Source of the DNA: an uncultured bacterium
GTDB taxonomy: Bacteria; Krumholzibacteriota; Krumholzibacteriia; Krumholzibacteriales; Krumholzibacteriaceae
DNA: 64,000 nucleotides
Assembly: GCA_963813815.1 (NCBI GenBank)
Contig: CAWFAD010000009.1
Coordinates: forward strand, 1 to 64,000
Direction of reading: 5' to 3'
The notes beneath the pieces are model-generated. The model saw only the letters and a list, made by a program, of their open reading frames with translations, was not told where the DNA came from and searched no databases. Of the stretch, positions 10,545-20,267 are shown piece by piece. Both the position numbers and the translations under genes were made by a program. Within the stretch, counting starts at the first letter, position 1. Every line of letters starts with the position of its first letter.

Positions 10545-10580
10545 AAAAAAAAGGCCCCGCGGCTTTCGCCGCGAGGCCTT
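10545..10580 (-). terminator. Intrinsic terminator of tRNA-Asp
   Basis: GC-rich hairpin followed by T8 on the minus strand, just past the tRNA CCA end. Confidence 0.8.
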
Positions 10581-10586
10581 CGAGTC

Positions 10587-10664
10587 TGGCGGGGCCGACG
10601 AGATTCGAACTCGCGACCTCCTGCGTGACAGGCAGGCGTTCTAACCAAACTGAACTACGACCCC
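10587..10664 (-). tRNA. tRNA-Asp (GTC)
   Basis: Cloverleaf: acceptor GGGGTCG/CGGCCCC, anticodon arm CCTGC-CTGTCAC-GCAGG, TTCGAAT T-loop, encoded CCA. Confidence 0.97.
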
Positions 10665-10739
10665 GCTGATACGATCATTGTACGAGCAAGCGGCGGGCCG
10701 GAAAACGAAAAAAGCCGACACCCTCCGCCAGCTTAATCA

Positions 10740-10768
10740 TTTATAACAGACAAAAAAGGGCCTGTCAA
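10740..10768 (-). promoter_or_regulatory. Near-consensus sigma70 promoter of tRNA-Asp
   Basis: TTGACA-17 nt-TATAAA on the minus strand, about 75 nt upstream of the tRNA. Confidence 0.8.
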
Positions 10769-10771
10769 TCG

Positions 10772-12277
10772 CTATTTGGCGATCTCAACGCCGAGCAGAT
10801 CGGCGGCCGCGTCGTAGAGGCCGTAGGTGACGACCGCCCGGGCACCCGGCGGCAGGAGATCGGCCGCGTAGGGCCACCCGGCGACGACGACGAGGCGGGC
10901 GCCGGCCGAAAGGCGCGCGATCGTCTCTCCGTCGAGGGGCCGGCGGTTGAGAAAGAACACTGCGTCGGCCGGCGCTTCGGGTCCGGCCGCGCCGGGAAAG
11001 ACGCGGGATTCGAGGCCGGGAGGGGCGCCGGCGGCCTCTCCCTCCCGCGGACCGTCCGGGCGCTCCGCCGCGCCGAGGCTCCGGAGCGATCGCGCGATGA
11101 ACCTTCTCACGGGGAATCGCTCGAACTCGCCCCGCTCGGCGTGGAACACCGCTTTGAACGCGCCCGAGGGGAAGTCCGCTCCCGCGAAATCCCCGATGAG
11201 CCGGATCGACCTTCGGGCGATCTCCCCGTAGACCGACGAGTCGCCCGGAAGCTCGAACTCCCTCTCCCTCGCCGCGGCGGCTTCGATGAGCCGCCGCACG
11301 CGCGCCGCGGATACGTCCGCCGCGCCGCTCCATTCCTCGCTCCACAGCCCTTCCGCGGGCGCGTCGGATCCGGGCGACCGAAGGGCCTCGAAAACCTCGA
11401 CCGCCGGCTTCGAGAAGAGCAATACGTCGCACCCGGCCTCGAGCGAGAGCCTGCAGACCTCCGGCAGCGAGCGCGCGACGGCCCTCGCCCCCTCCATCTC
11501 GAGGGCGTCGGTCATGACGACCCCGTCGAATCCGAGCTCGCGGCGGAGCAGCCCTCCGATGATCTCGGGATCGAGAGAGGCCGGAAGCGAGCGGTCCCTC
11601 GGAGCGACATGTCCCATCATGACGCTCTCGGCGCCCGCCGCCGCTCCACGCGCGAAGGGGCGAACGTCCGATTTGCGGAGCTCGTCCACGGTGGCGGCGA
11701 GCGTAACGAACGCGAGATGCGAGTCGACGGCCGTGGCTCCGTGCCCGGGAAAATGCTTGAGACAGGTGAGGACTCCCTCCCGCCGCGCGGCGCTCACGGC
11801 CACGGCCGTGAGGTTCGAGACGAGAGAAACGTCCTCGCCGAAGCTGCGCGAGCCGATGACGGGGTTCCTGCTCTCAGAGTTGACGTCGGCGACGGGGCCG
11901 AGCAGCATGTTCACGCCGCAGGACCGCAGACGCCGGGCGTTCTCGGCGAAGAGCCGCTCGCAGAGCTCGGCCTTCCCCGTCCGCGCGGCCGCCATCTGCG
12001 TCGGCGGCACGCCGATCGCCCGCGCGAGGACCGAGATGATCCCGCCCTCGTGATCCGCGGCGATGACCGGCACCGCGCCCCGGGAGTCCCGGAAGACGCG
12101 GCGGATATCCTGCGTGAGCTCCATGAGCGCTCTGGCGCCGGCCACGTTGCGGTCGAAGAGAATCACGCCCGCGACGGGGTAGCGGGAGAGAATGGAGCGC
12201 TCCTCGTCCGTGAGCGCCGGCCCGGCGAGGCCGACGACGCAATGAGGGGCTATCGTATGCAGCGACGCATCGGTCAT
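10772..12277 (-). CDS. nagZ: Beta-N-acetylhexosaminidase, GH3 (NagZ-like)
   Basis: ADHEGG, IGSRSFG, KHFPGHG, DSH and MTDAL motifs. Confidence 0.85.
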   Translation of the reverse strand: MTDASLHTIAPHCVVGLAGPALTDEERSILSRYPVAGVILFDRNVAGARALMELTQDIRRVFRDSRGAVPVIAADHEGGIISVLARAIGVPPTQMAAARTGKAELCERLFAENARRLRSCGVNMLLGPVADVNSESRNPVIGSRSFGEDVSLVSNLTAVAVSAARREGVLTCLKHFPGHGATAVDSHLAFVTLAATVDELRKSDVRPFARGAAAGAESVMMGHVAPRDRSLPASLDPEIIGGLLRRELGFDGVVMTDALEMEGARAVARSLPEVCRLSLEAGCDVLLFSKPAVEVFEALRSPGSDAPAEGLWSEEWSGAADVSAARVRRLIEAAAAREREFELPGDSSVYGEIARRSIRLIGDFAGADFPSGAFKAVFHAERGEFERFPVRRFIARSLRSLGAAERPDGPREGEAAGAPPGLESRVFPGAAGPEAPADAVFFLNRRPLDGETIARLSAGARLVVVAGWPYAADLLPPGARAVVTYGLYDAAADLLGVEIAK

Positions 12278-12280
12278 GTA

Positions 12281-13642
12281 TCACCGGTAGAGGGCGACGA
12301 TCCGCGTTCCCGGGTAATAGTGCGCGATGATCTCCTCGCCCGAGTAGCCGAGCTCGGCCATGCGTATCGCTCCCGTCTGGCACATCCCGACGCCGTGGCC
12401 GTTGCCGCCGCCGAGGAGCTCGACGGAGGCCACGCGATCGCCCATGCGCGACACCTCGACGTTGAAGAGGGTGCTCCGGAGGATGGCGTCGGAGTCGGGA
12501 TCGGGTTTCAAGACCCATCTCGTCCGGTCCCCTTGAACCGTGAAGCTTCCGCGATCGGTCGCGATCTCGATCCCCGGAACCCTGCCGTCCCGGCCGCGGC
12601 CGAGCGGGCGGAGGTCGAGAAACTTGCCGACGTTCTTCGAGGAAGAGCCGAGCTCCCGGGGGATCGTTCGCCTGAGAATGCCGCCGAGAGAAGCCGCGCT
12701 CCAATGCACCCGCCACCGGAAATGCCGCGAGCCCCGGCAGAGCGACTCGCCGGGAGCCTCGGGAACCGTGTCCCGCACGCCGTAGAGGTATGGGTACGGC
12801 GTTTTCCACGGCCAGACGACGCGGATATCGGCGGTGTGCCCGCCGCAGCAAGCGCAGTAGAAGGCGCGCGCCGGCTCGCCCAGAAAGGCGCAGACGAGCC
12901 CCCGGGTCTCTTCGACGGCGCGATTGCCGGCCTCGCTCTCGCCCGAGACGCCTTTGTACACCTGATCCATCACCGTCGCGTTGAGATCGTAGAGCTCGCC
13001 GCTCTTTTCGCCGAGCTTGCTCAGGGCGTACGACCGGGCCGCGATCGCCTGCGCGCGGAACGCCTGATACTGCTCTTCCTTGAGATACCCGATCTCCGAG
13101 GGAAGCACGCCCTTGAGATACGCGTCTATGTCGAGGACGTTGATCGCCGCGACCCCCTTCTTCGACGCGACGAAGAGAATCTCTCCGCGATACATCTCGC
13201 CGTTGAGGGAAGAGACGTCGTTTCCTTCGGGGACGACGCGCAGCCGCCGGGCGGAGGCGATCCTGCGCCGCCCGTCGGAGAGCGCCACTTCGCCGTCCGC
13301 GAGGCGAACGGAGAGATCGCCCCCCCGCTCCGCGCGGACCGCGCTCCCGCCGGGAGAGTCGAGAACGGCCTCGTATGCCCCGGGAAGGTGAAGCCGAAGC
13401 GGGCCCCGGCCTTCGAGAACGAGAACACGCACGAGAGGAGGCCGTTCGAGGAGCGCCACTCCCTCGGGCTCCGGCGGCTCGATGACGACGGGAACCGCGA
13501 TTTCCGCCGGAGGCGGCGCGGCGTCCGGCGCCTCGAGGGCGTCCGCCGGCGCATGGGCGGCCGGGCGCCTCTCGGCGCAGCCGGCCGCGAGCAGCGCGCA
13601 TAAAAAGAACGCCGGCGCGAGACGGCGATCAAACGGTTTCAT
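12281..13642 (-). CDS. SpoIID/LytB domain lipoprotein (lytic transglycosylase-like)
   Basis: Lipobox AAGC, YLKGVLPSE, AQAIAARSY, DQVY, G.GHGVGMCQ.GA, HYYPG. Confidence 0.92.
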   Translation of the reverse strand: MKPFDRRLAPAFFLCALLAAGCAERRPAAHAPADALEAPDAAPPPAEIAVPVVIEPPEPEGVALLERPPLVRVLVLEGRGPLRLHLPGAYEAVLDSPGGSAVRAERGGDLSVRLADGEVALSDGRRRIASARRLRVVPEGNDVSSLNGEMYRGEILFVASKKGVAAINVLDIDAYLKGVLPSEIGYLKEEQYQAFRAQAIAARSYALSKLGEKSGELYDLNATVMDQVYKGVSGESEAGNRAVEETRGLVCAFLGEPARAFYCACCGGHTADIRVVWPWKTPYPYLYGVRDTVPEAPGESLCRGSRHFRWRVHWSAASLGGILRRTIPRELGSSSKNVGKFLDLRPLGRGRDGRVPGIEIATDRGSFTVQGDRTRWVLKPDPDSDAILRSTLFNVEVSRMGDRVASVELLGGGNGHGVGMCQTGAIRMAELGYSGEEIIAHYYPGTRIVALYR

Positions 13643-13700
13643 ACGCCCATTTCCCGGAAATCATCGCTCCCCCGGCGAGCGTCGGCGCTCCGGCGCGCCC

Positions 13701-14411
13701 TCACCGCGGAAAGAAGAACTCCCCGCAGAGACACGACCTGCCGTCCGCGACCGGGGAACGAAGCGTTTTGGCGGCGGAGGCTTTCCCGGCGCCCTTCTTC
13801 GCCGCGGCGGAGGGGGCGCGGCCGATGATCGTTCCATCGCTGAAAATCGCCTCGTTCGTGAGAAGCGCCACGGTGACAGCCTCCCGCGCCTCGTCCCCGA
13901 CGGCGAATCGCTCGATCATCCCGCTCACGATCCCCTTGAGAAGCGGCTCCCGCACGGCGAGAAAGTCGCCGGCCGGGTCGTCCGTGCCGATGCGGAAGCG
14001 GCTCGCCACGACGCGGTCGGTCATTTCGCTCAGGCCCGCCGGATCCTCCGGGAACGCGTGCGGGCCTATCTCGAGACACTTGAGACCGATGATATCGATC
14101 TCCTCCCCCGCGGCGTCCGCGACGGCGAGCACCTCGTCGTAGAGCTTCGTAAGGTCGTGGAGGACGAGGAAGTTGATGCCGGCGAGCTCGTCCGAGCTGA
14201 ACTTCTCCTTGCGCTCGAGAGCCCCGAGAGCGGCCTGGAGGTCGCGGTTCACCCCGCGCGATTCGAAGCCGAGAACGGCGAGCACCGTTTCGTCCCCGCT
14301 GCCCGATACCTCGACGAGAACCGCGCCGAGCTTCCCCGGCGCGCTCCCCGTCTCCATGCCGATGATGAGCCGCTTCTCTTTCTTCCTGAGAGCATCGAGA
14401 CGTTTTTTCAA
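13701..14411 (-). CDS. Short, degenerate anhydro-N-acetylmuramic acid kinase (AnmK)-like protein
   Basis: TTG start with GGAGG RBS; AnmK-like N-terminus (KRLIIGM), IDIIG, VVASRFR and EAREAVTVALL segments; canonical motifs altered. Confidence 0.6.
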   Translation of the reverse strand: MKKRLDALRKKEKRLIIGMETGSAPGKLGAVLVEVSGSGDETVLAVLGFESRGVNRDLQAALGALERKEKFSSDELAGINFLVLHDLTKLYDEVLAVADAAGEEIDIIGLKCLEIGPHAFPEDPAGLSEMTDRVVASRFRIGTDDPAGDFLAVREPLLKGIVSGMIERFAVGDEAREAVTVALLTNEAIFSDGTIIGRAPSAAAKKGAGKASAAKTLRSPVADGRSCLCGEFFFPR

Positions 14412-14535
14412 CGAATACCTCCGGCTGATCCCGGGGTCGCTGACCGGAGCGCCCTTCGCCCCGCGGCGAAACGGGCGCTTCCGCTCGAGGCGATTGTACG
14501 GAAGGCCATCGGAGGAGGTAAAGATATTTTTACGG

Positions 14536-17500
14536 CTACTCGAGCTTGACGATCTTCCCCTCGATATCGATGCTCCGTCCCCCGCGATCGACCCGCAGAA
14601 CGTAGATGTAGGTTCCGTTCGCGACGCGGTCTCCCGCCAGATCGCGCCCGTCCCATACGATCGAATGGGGGCTGATGAAGCTCGCCGCGAGAAGATCTCC
14701 CGTCCCGAGGGCAAAGCTTCTCACGAGAACGCCGCTCACGTTGTAAATGTCGATGCGGCCGGCGTCGGCGGCGAGATTCATCGTGTAGACGATGTTGGTC
14801 TCGCCCCTGAACGGGTTCGGGAAGTTGAAAACGTCGACGACGAGCGCGTCCCCGGTGACGGCGAAGACGATGTCCCGCGAGAACTCCCCGGTCTTCACCG
14901 TGAAAACGCGCGTTCCCGCCGGGAGCGTGCGCTCGAAGGAGGCCTCCCAGCGGAGCGAGTCGGCCGGATCCGGGACGACGAAATGAACGCCGTCCTCCGG
15001 GATGCCGTCGATGGAAAGCGTCGGCGGAGACGCGAGATAGGCCGGGAAATCCGCCGTGACGGTGAAGGTTCCCGTCGGCGGGCTCTCCACGCCCGGCAGT
15101 ATCTCGAGGTAGTCGTTGTAAAAGAGACGAATCTGCGTCGCGATCGAGACCTCGAGCCTCCCCGCCTCTTCCCCCTCCGGCGTCGCCACGCCCCACACGA
15201 GGAGCTCGTCGGCCGGATCGATCGTGTACCGCACGTCCGCCCGGTACGAGCGGGAGAAGGTCTCGTTCGTGTCGAGCAGCGCGGTGATCCCGAGCGAATC
15301 CGACCAGCTCTCGCCGTCGATCGCGAGGGAGACCGGCCCGATCGCGACGACGTCGCTCGCGGTGAGGCGCAACGCCACCTCGTTCGTGCCGTTTCGGGCC
15401 CGGAGCGTTCCGGTTCCGACGGGCTCGAACCCCTCGCCCCAGTCCGCCTCGAGGCGGAGCAGCGGCGGGCCCGGATCCACCCGCAGCATGGGATCGCCGA
15501 GGAGATGGTAGCGCAGAATCTGATCGACCCCGAACGATGTCTGTCCCATGTGCTCGATCTCGGCCTGGGTAATCATCTCCCCGAGAATCCAGTGGGCCCC
15601 CGTGTACTCGTTGAGCGGCGCGACCGAATCGACGGGGGGGCGCTTGAACACGTTCTCGATGAGACATTCGGCGAGCTCGGAGTTCTGCGAGAGGTACTCG
15701 AACGCGCCGCTCGCGTACGTGGAGATCGCGCCGCCGCCCGGCTTGAAGAGCAGCTGCTCGCTCATGCAGTCGCCCTGCTGCCCGACGTACGACGAGTAGG
15801 AGAGCTCCTGCCAGACGGAGAAATCGCTGATGTGGCAGCCGAACGCGCCGAAGACGAACGGAATGGCGGTCCGCAGGCTGTCGATGTCGTTGTAGAACTG
15901 GAGAGCGAAGGCCGACTCCGTCGTGAGGACGGCGCGGTTCGCGTGCCCCTGATACAGGTGCAGCAGACAGCCCCTGTTGAGCGCCGCGACGAGCGCCGGC
16001 GTGAACGTCCGGCGCGTCAGATCGCGGGCGCGCGAGAACACCTCGCTCCCGTATTCATCCAGATTGGGATGGGCGGGGGCCGTATAGGGAGCGAGAAAGA
16101 GCCGGTTGACCTCGAATCCTCCCGGGAGCGAGCGCTCGACGATGGCGCCGCAGGAATCGGTGCTCCACTCGAACTCGAGCTCGTACGGACGGTACCGGTA
16201 ATCGCCGCCGGTACCCGACCAGGCGTCGTCCGAAAAGAGCACGACGCGCCGGCGCCAGAGGTCGTCCGGCTCGGCGCTCTCGTCGCGATAGAGCTTGGTG
16301 AGGAGGGCGCGCAGCTCCACGTCGCGCCCGACCGGGAACCGCCCGATGAAAACGTCCGGATAGGCGTCGGCGCCCGGATTGCCGTCGAGAAAGGCGTACC
16401 ACTTGTCGGACGAAACGGTCTCGTCGTCGTACGATCCGGTGACGCTCTCCACGTAGCTGTACGAGGGCACGTAATCGGGCGGAGAGCCGCGCAGATCTCC
16501 ATCCGGGTAGGCATAGATACGCTTGTGATCCTCGCTCGCGTCCCCCACGAGCAGCACGTATTCGACGCCCCAGCGGTCGAAGGCGTCCTTGATGAATCGC
16601 TTGATCGCGGCCGCGTGCGGCCTGCCGCCGTTGTACTCGTCGAAGACGTCCTCGACGTCCGCGGTAAAGACGCGGTATCCCTGCGCCCTCCGCCAATCGA
16701 CGTACTCTCCGATCCGCTGCAGGAAATCCCCGTGCGAGACGACGAGCGTTTGATAGCTCCCCGGCGTCGCGCGAAGCGCGGACGGCGCGTCCACCTCCGC
16801 CGCCCGAGCGGGAAACGCGGTTCCGGCGAGACCCCCGAGCGCGATGAAACGGCGCGGCGAATAGCTCTCCTCGAGGTTGAGAGCGAGCTTCCACCCTCCG
16901 CTCCCGTCCTCCGCGAAATCGGACGCGCCGAGCTCGCGATACACGGGATGCCGCGCGTCGGTGATCTCGACGAGAAGGCCCGAGGAAACGGTGAATCCGG
17001 CTATTTCGATTCCCGCGGCTCCGCCCGCCGGATCGAGCGTGAACTCGAGTGCGTTCCCGCTCGCGACGAACCGGCCGGGATGCTCGACCGTAAAATCGTT
17101 CACGAGGTGCGCGAAGTCCGCGTCGCAGACGACGACGAGCTCGTTCTGGCCGTCGGCGAGCCAGATGGCCGGAAGGTCGGCGAAGTGAAAGGTCTTCGCC
17201 TCCTTGGCGCCGAAGCCTCCGGCGCCGATGAGATGCGTGCCGGCGCCGTTACGCAGGCTGAAGGAAATCGTATGGTCGTAGCCGAGCCCGTCTCCCCCCT
17301 GGATCCTGATCGTGATCGCCCAAACCCCCGTCGAGGAGGGCTCGTGCAGATCGAAGGGGATCGCGTACTCCCGGTAGTCCTTCCCCTTGCGAAAATAGAA
17401 ATCGAATGTTCCCGGCACGGCGTTTTTCATGAACGCCGTGTCCTCGCGCTCCAGCTTCACGGCCCGGTACGACGAGACGGGGACCTCGTAGGAGGGGGCG

Positions 17501-18585
17501 AGCGGTATCCCGGAGCTCATGAGCGCGCCCGCCGAGCCCTCCTCGAGCCAGAGAACGTTGTCGCCGGTATAGAGAGCGTCCCGATCTCCCGCGAGCGAGT
17601 CGTCCTTGACGCCGAGCGCGTAGAAGTAGAGGCGATCGTCTCCGTCGAGCACGCCGGCGCTTCCGCCCGCTCCCTCGCGCACGAGGAGCGGCACGTCGAC
17701 CGCGCGAACGAAGCCGGGCGCCGCCGCGTCGTAGTAGCGCTTTCGGAGCGCAATCTCTCCCGGCGCGAGCCCCGGAGAGAGCCCCGCGGCGATGAGGGAG
17801 TCGGCGCGGATGACGTAGAGCCCCGTATCCGGCACGCGGAGCTTGAGGCACTTCCCCTCGAGCGCCGGCGCGGCGGCGGCGAGCCCCGAGGGGAGAGGCA
17901 GACGATAGGCCGAAACGTCGGCGGGGTTGACGAGCAGGTTGCCGTAGAGCCGTTTCCATCCTCCCGAGAGGGGCGTCTCGACGGCCCCCGCTTCGCCGAG
18001 CGGCGCGCGCGGCGCCTCGAAGCTCACCGTGAGAAGGATGCGGCGGGCGAGGCGCGCCTCCCCCCGCTCGTCGATCGAGAGAGGATTCACCCTCACGGGG
18101 AGAACGCGCTGGCGTCCCATGAAGGACGGCTCGAGCGCCGAGGCGAGCGGCGGCGCGTCCCCCGCGCGCCACGGATCGGGCGGAAGGTATCGCTCGGACG
18201 AGGGGAGGCCGTCGCGCCCCTCGACGAGCCGCTCGCCGTACACGCGGGCGAGAGCCACGCGCCCGAGGCTCTCCTCCTCGAGCACGGAAAACGATAAACG
18301 CGAGGCGCCCGCGGCGGGTATCGCCACGTGATACGTCCTGCCGGGGAGCTCCGCCGCTCCCGGAGGCGAGAACGTTCCGAATCCGTCGATGAGAACCCGA
18401 ACCGCCCCATCTTCCGCCCGCTCGATGCGGGGGGAGGGAATCGCGATCTCGAAGGTCAGCGAGCCGCGGCCCGACGAAACGAGACGGGCTCCCTCCGGGG
18501 AAGCCGCGGCGCGCCCCGGCATGGCGCACACGACAACGCAGAGGGCGCCTGCGACGAGCGCCGCTCGACTCACCTGTCCGATCAC
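14536..18585 (-). CDS. C25 family (gingipain/PorU-like) cysteine peptidase with propeptide and C-terminal FlgD-Ig/T9SS-like domain
   Basis: GTG start with GAGGTG RBS; VEDVFDEYNGG, YVLLVGDA, IGRFP, YQGH (His), FGC (Cys), LLGDP; C-terminal NFPNPF...WDGRD..G..VANG.YIY. Confidence 0.88.
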   Translation of the reverse strand: MIGQVSRAALVAGALCVVVCAMPGRAAASPEGARLVSSGRGSLTFEIAIPSPRIERAEDGAVRVLIDGFGTFSPPGAAELPGRTYHVAIPAAGASRLSFSVLEEESLGRVALARVYGERLVEGRDGLPSSERYLPPDPWRAGDAPPLASALEPSFMGRQRVLPVRVNPLSIDERGEARLARRILLTVSFEAPRAPLGEAGAVETPLSGGWKRLYGNLLVNPADVSAYRLPLPSGLAAAAPALEGKCLKLRVPDTGLYVIRADSLIAAGLSPGLAPGEIALRKRYYDAAAPGFVRAVDVPLLVREGAGGSAGVLDGDDRLYFYALGVKDDSLAGDRDALYTGDNVLWLEEGSAGALMSSGIPLAPSYEVPVSSYRAVKLEREDTAFMKNAVPGTFDFYFRKGKDYREYAIPFDLHEPSSTGVWAITIRIQGGDGLGYDHTISFSLRNGAGTHLIGAGGFGAKEAKTFHFADLPAIWLADGQNELVVVCDADFAHLVNDFTVEHPGRFVASGNALEFTLDPAGGAAGIEIAGFTVSSGLLVEITDARHPVYRELGASDFAEDGSGGWKLALNLEESYSPRRFIALGGLAGTAFPARAAEVDAPSALRATPGSYQTLVVSHGDFLQRIGEYVDWRRAQGYRVFTADVEDVFDEYNGGRPHAAAIKRFIKDAFDRWGVEYVLLVGDASEDHKRIYAYPDGDLRGSPPDYVPSYSYVESVTGSYDDETVSSDKWYAFLDGNPGADAYPDVFIGRFPVGRDVELRALLTKLYRDESAEPDDLWRRRVVLFSDDAWSGTGGDYRYRPYELEFEWSTDSCGAIVERSLPGGFEVNRLFLAPYTAPAHPNLDEYGSEVFSRARDLTRRTFTPALVAALNRGCLLHLYQGHANRAVLTTESAFALQFYNDIDSLRTAIPFVFGAFGCHISDFSVWQELSYSSYVGQQGDCMSEQLLFKPGGGAISTYASGAFEYLSQNSELAECLIENVFKRPPVDSVAPLNEYTGAHWILGEMITQAEIEHMGQTSFGVDQILRYHLLGDPMLRVDPGPPLLRLEADWGEGFEPVGTGTLRARNGTNEVALRLTASDVVAIGPVSLAIDGESWSDSLGITALLDTNETFSRSYRADVRYTIDPADELLVWGVATPEGEEAGRLEVSIATQIRLFYNDYLEILPGVESPPTGTFTVTADFPAYLASPPTLSIDGIPEDGVHFVVPDPADSLRWEASFERTLPAGTRVFTVKTGEFSRDIVFAVTGDALVVDVFNFPNPFRGETNIVYTMNLAADAGRIDIYNVSGVLVRSFALGTGDLLAASFISPHSIVWDGRDLAGDRVANGTYIYVLRVDRGGRSIDIEGKIVKLE

Positions 18586-18711
18586 GCGGGGTTCACCTCG
18601 TTTCCAGGGGCGCTGCGATGGAGAGCGCGGGAGACGGCGAGGAGCCGCCATGTCCTGCATTGAATCTATTTTCCCGCTCCCGAAAAGACAAGCCGAAAAT
18701 GGCGAAGGCCG

Positions 18712-18748
18712 AAAACGCCGATGGGGACCCATCAGGGTCCCCATCGGC
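18712..18748 (-). terminator. Hairpin/terminator after WGAIK paralog 1
   Basis: GCCGATGGGGACCC-ATCA-GGGTCCCCATCGGC followed by GTTTTC on the minus strand. Confidence 0.7.
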
Positions 18749-18775
18749 TTCACTATGCGCACCGAGTAAGAGCGT

Positions 18776-19317
18776 TTAGAAAAGGCTCTTAATTGCGCCC
18801 CAGCTCGACTCTTCAGTCGCCACGCCGCACGGCTGGTTGAGATACAGCTGGGTGAGAATCGTGAGAGGATAAATCGGGATAACCGAGCTCGCAGCTCGCG
18901 ATCTGGAGAAGGTAGGGCAGGCTGAGCGGCTTGCCTTCGACCTTGATGATCGAGGCGGTCGGAGTCGCGATGCTCATGCAGGTAATCTTCTGCGCCCAGA
19001 CCCAATCCATCCAGCAGCTCGCGTAGGACACGCTGATGCCGGCGGCCCAGTCGCCGAGGGTGAGGTTGATGTCGGGGTTCGTCGTCGTGCCCGTCGAAAT
19101 GATCCCGGCCGGAAGGATGACACGGTACTCGGCGGCCCGAATGCCGGTGCCGTCCTGGTTGACCATGAACACGTAGCAGTCGAACGGCGTGTACATGCCG
19201 GTGGCTCACGGAGCACAGGCTGTGCGCCGCATCGCTGTAAAGCCCTACGTATTTCGCTGCGTTCGCGGAGCCGGTGATGAGCAGAAGCATCGTTCCAAGG
19301 ATGAGCGCCTTTTTCAT
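18776..19317 (-). CDS. Secreted beta-rich protein with C-terminal TEESSWGAIKSLF motif (paralog 1; two apparent +1 indels near 19204 and 18876)
   Basis: Signal peptide MKKALILGTMLLLITGSANA; after removing two bases it aligns along its length with 19595-20128. Confidence 0.8.
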
Positions 19318-19483
19318 GTTGTCTTTCCTCCGAACTAGTGTTGCGGCGAGCCGGTCTCTGATTCTGGCTGCCATGCTAACCAATTTATTTGTTCGCCGTT
19401 TCCTTTCCGGATTACTCCTTTCCGCCGTCAAGGCCGCTGAGCTCAATTGGTAGTTAACAAACCGCTATTTCTGACACACGACA

Positions 19484-19512
19484 ATTGTACCATACCCGGG
19501 AAATTTTGTAAA
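19484..19512 (-). promoter_or_regulatory. Putative sigma70 promoter of paralog 1
   Basis: TTTACA-17 nt-TACAAT with extended TG. Confidence 0.65.
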
Positions 19513-19533
19513 GCGGCATGAGCGGGAAATGAT

Positions 19534-19570
19534 AAAAAAATGATGGGGACCCAAATCGGATCCCCATCAT
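19534..19570 (-). terminator. Intrinsic terminator after WGAIK paralog 2
   Basis: TGATGGGGA-loop-TCCCCATCA plus T7 on the minus strand; same stem core as the 18712 hairpin. Confidence 0.8.
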
Positions 19571-19594
19571 TATCAATCAGTTAGAGCCGCTGTC

Positions 19595-20128
19595 TTAGAA
19601 AAGGCTCTTTATCGCGCCCCAGCTCGTTTCCTCGGTGCCGATAACACACGAGCAGTTGAGGGCCAGGTGGTTGAGAACCTTGAGCGGGTAGATCGGGAAA
19701 CCGAGCTCGCAGCTCGCGACCTGGAGGAAGTAGGGCAGGCTGAGCGGCTTGCCTTCGACCGTGATGAATCCCGGCGCCGCCACTCCGAGGCTCAGGCAGC
19801 TGATGTGCTGCGGCCACACCCACGTCTGCCAGCAGGTCATGAACGACACGCTGATGCCAGCGGCCCAGTCGCCGAGGGTGAGGTTGATGTCGGGGTTGGT
19901 CGTCGTGGCCGTCGAAATGATACCGGCCGGAAGAATGAGTCTGTACTCGGCCGCCTGAATGCCCCGCTCGGGATAGCTCATGAGAACCCAGCACTCGAAG
20001 GGCGTGTAGGGCATAACGGTCACGCTGCAGCTGACGCGGCCCGCGTCGGCGTAGAGACCGACGTACTGCGCGTTCGCGGCGCTCGCGAGGACGAGAATCG
20101 CGCTGGCAATCAAAAGCACCTTCTTCAT
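19595..20128 (-). CDS. Secreted beta-rich protein with C-terminal TEETSWGAIKSLF motif (paralog 2)
   Basis: Signal peptide MKKVLLIASAILVLASAANA; AAGGA RBS; intact ORF. Confidence 0.85.
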   Translation of the reverse strand: MKKVLLIASAILVLASAANAQYVGLYADAGRVSCSVTVMPYTPFECWVLMSYPERGIQAAEYRLILPAGIISTATTTNPDINLTLGDWAAGISVSFMTCWQTWVWPQHISCLSLGVAAPGFITVEGKPLSLPYFLQVASCELGFPIYPLKVLNHLALNCSCVIGTEETSWGAIKSLF

Positions 20129-20267
20129 TTCCTTCAACTCCTTCTCTGCTTTTCGGTGAAGGTGGTTGGATGAGCGCGGATGCGCCCACCCAACCACAAT
20201 CCCTACTTCATAACTCAACGACCCGATCCACGGTCTGCTTCTTGCGCTTCGATCTTCAGCGTTCGCC

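Noticed and set aside
10587..10664. tRNA-Asp as an integration site for an island or prophage
   Set aside because: No integrase nearby and no duplicated tRNA 3' end seen in the window
14173..18297. Very long ORFs antisense to real genes (also 11141-13603, 21193-24309, 36257-39124)
   Set aside because: Shadow ORFs typical of high-GC DNA; no recognisable motifs, and the opposite strand has clear family signatures
14536..19446. 1636-aa ORF joining the WGAIK paralog N-terminus to the C25 peptidase
   Set aside because: Artefact of indels in paralog 1; a stop, a terminator hairpin and a separate RBS plus signal peptide lie between the genes
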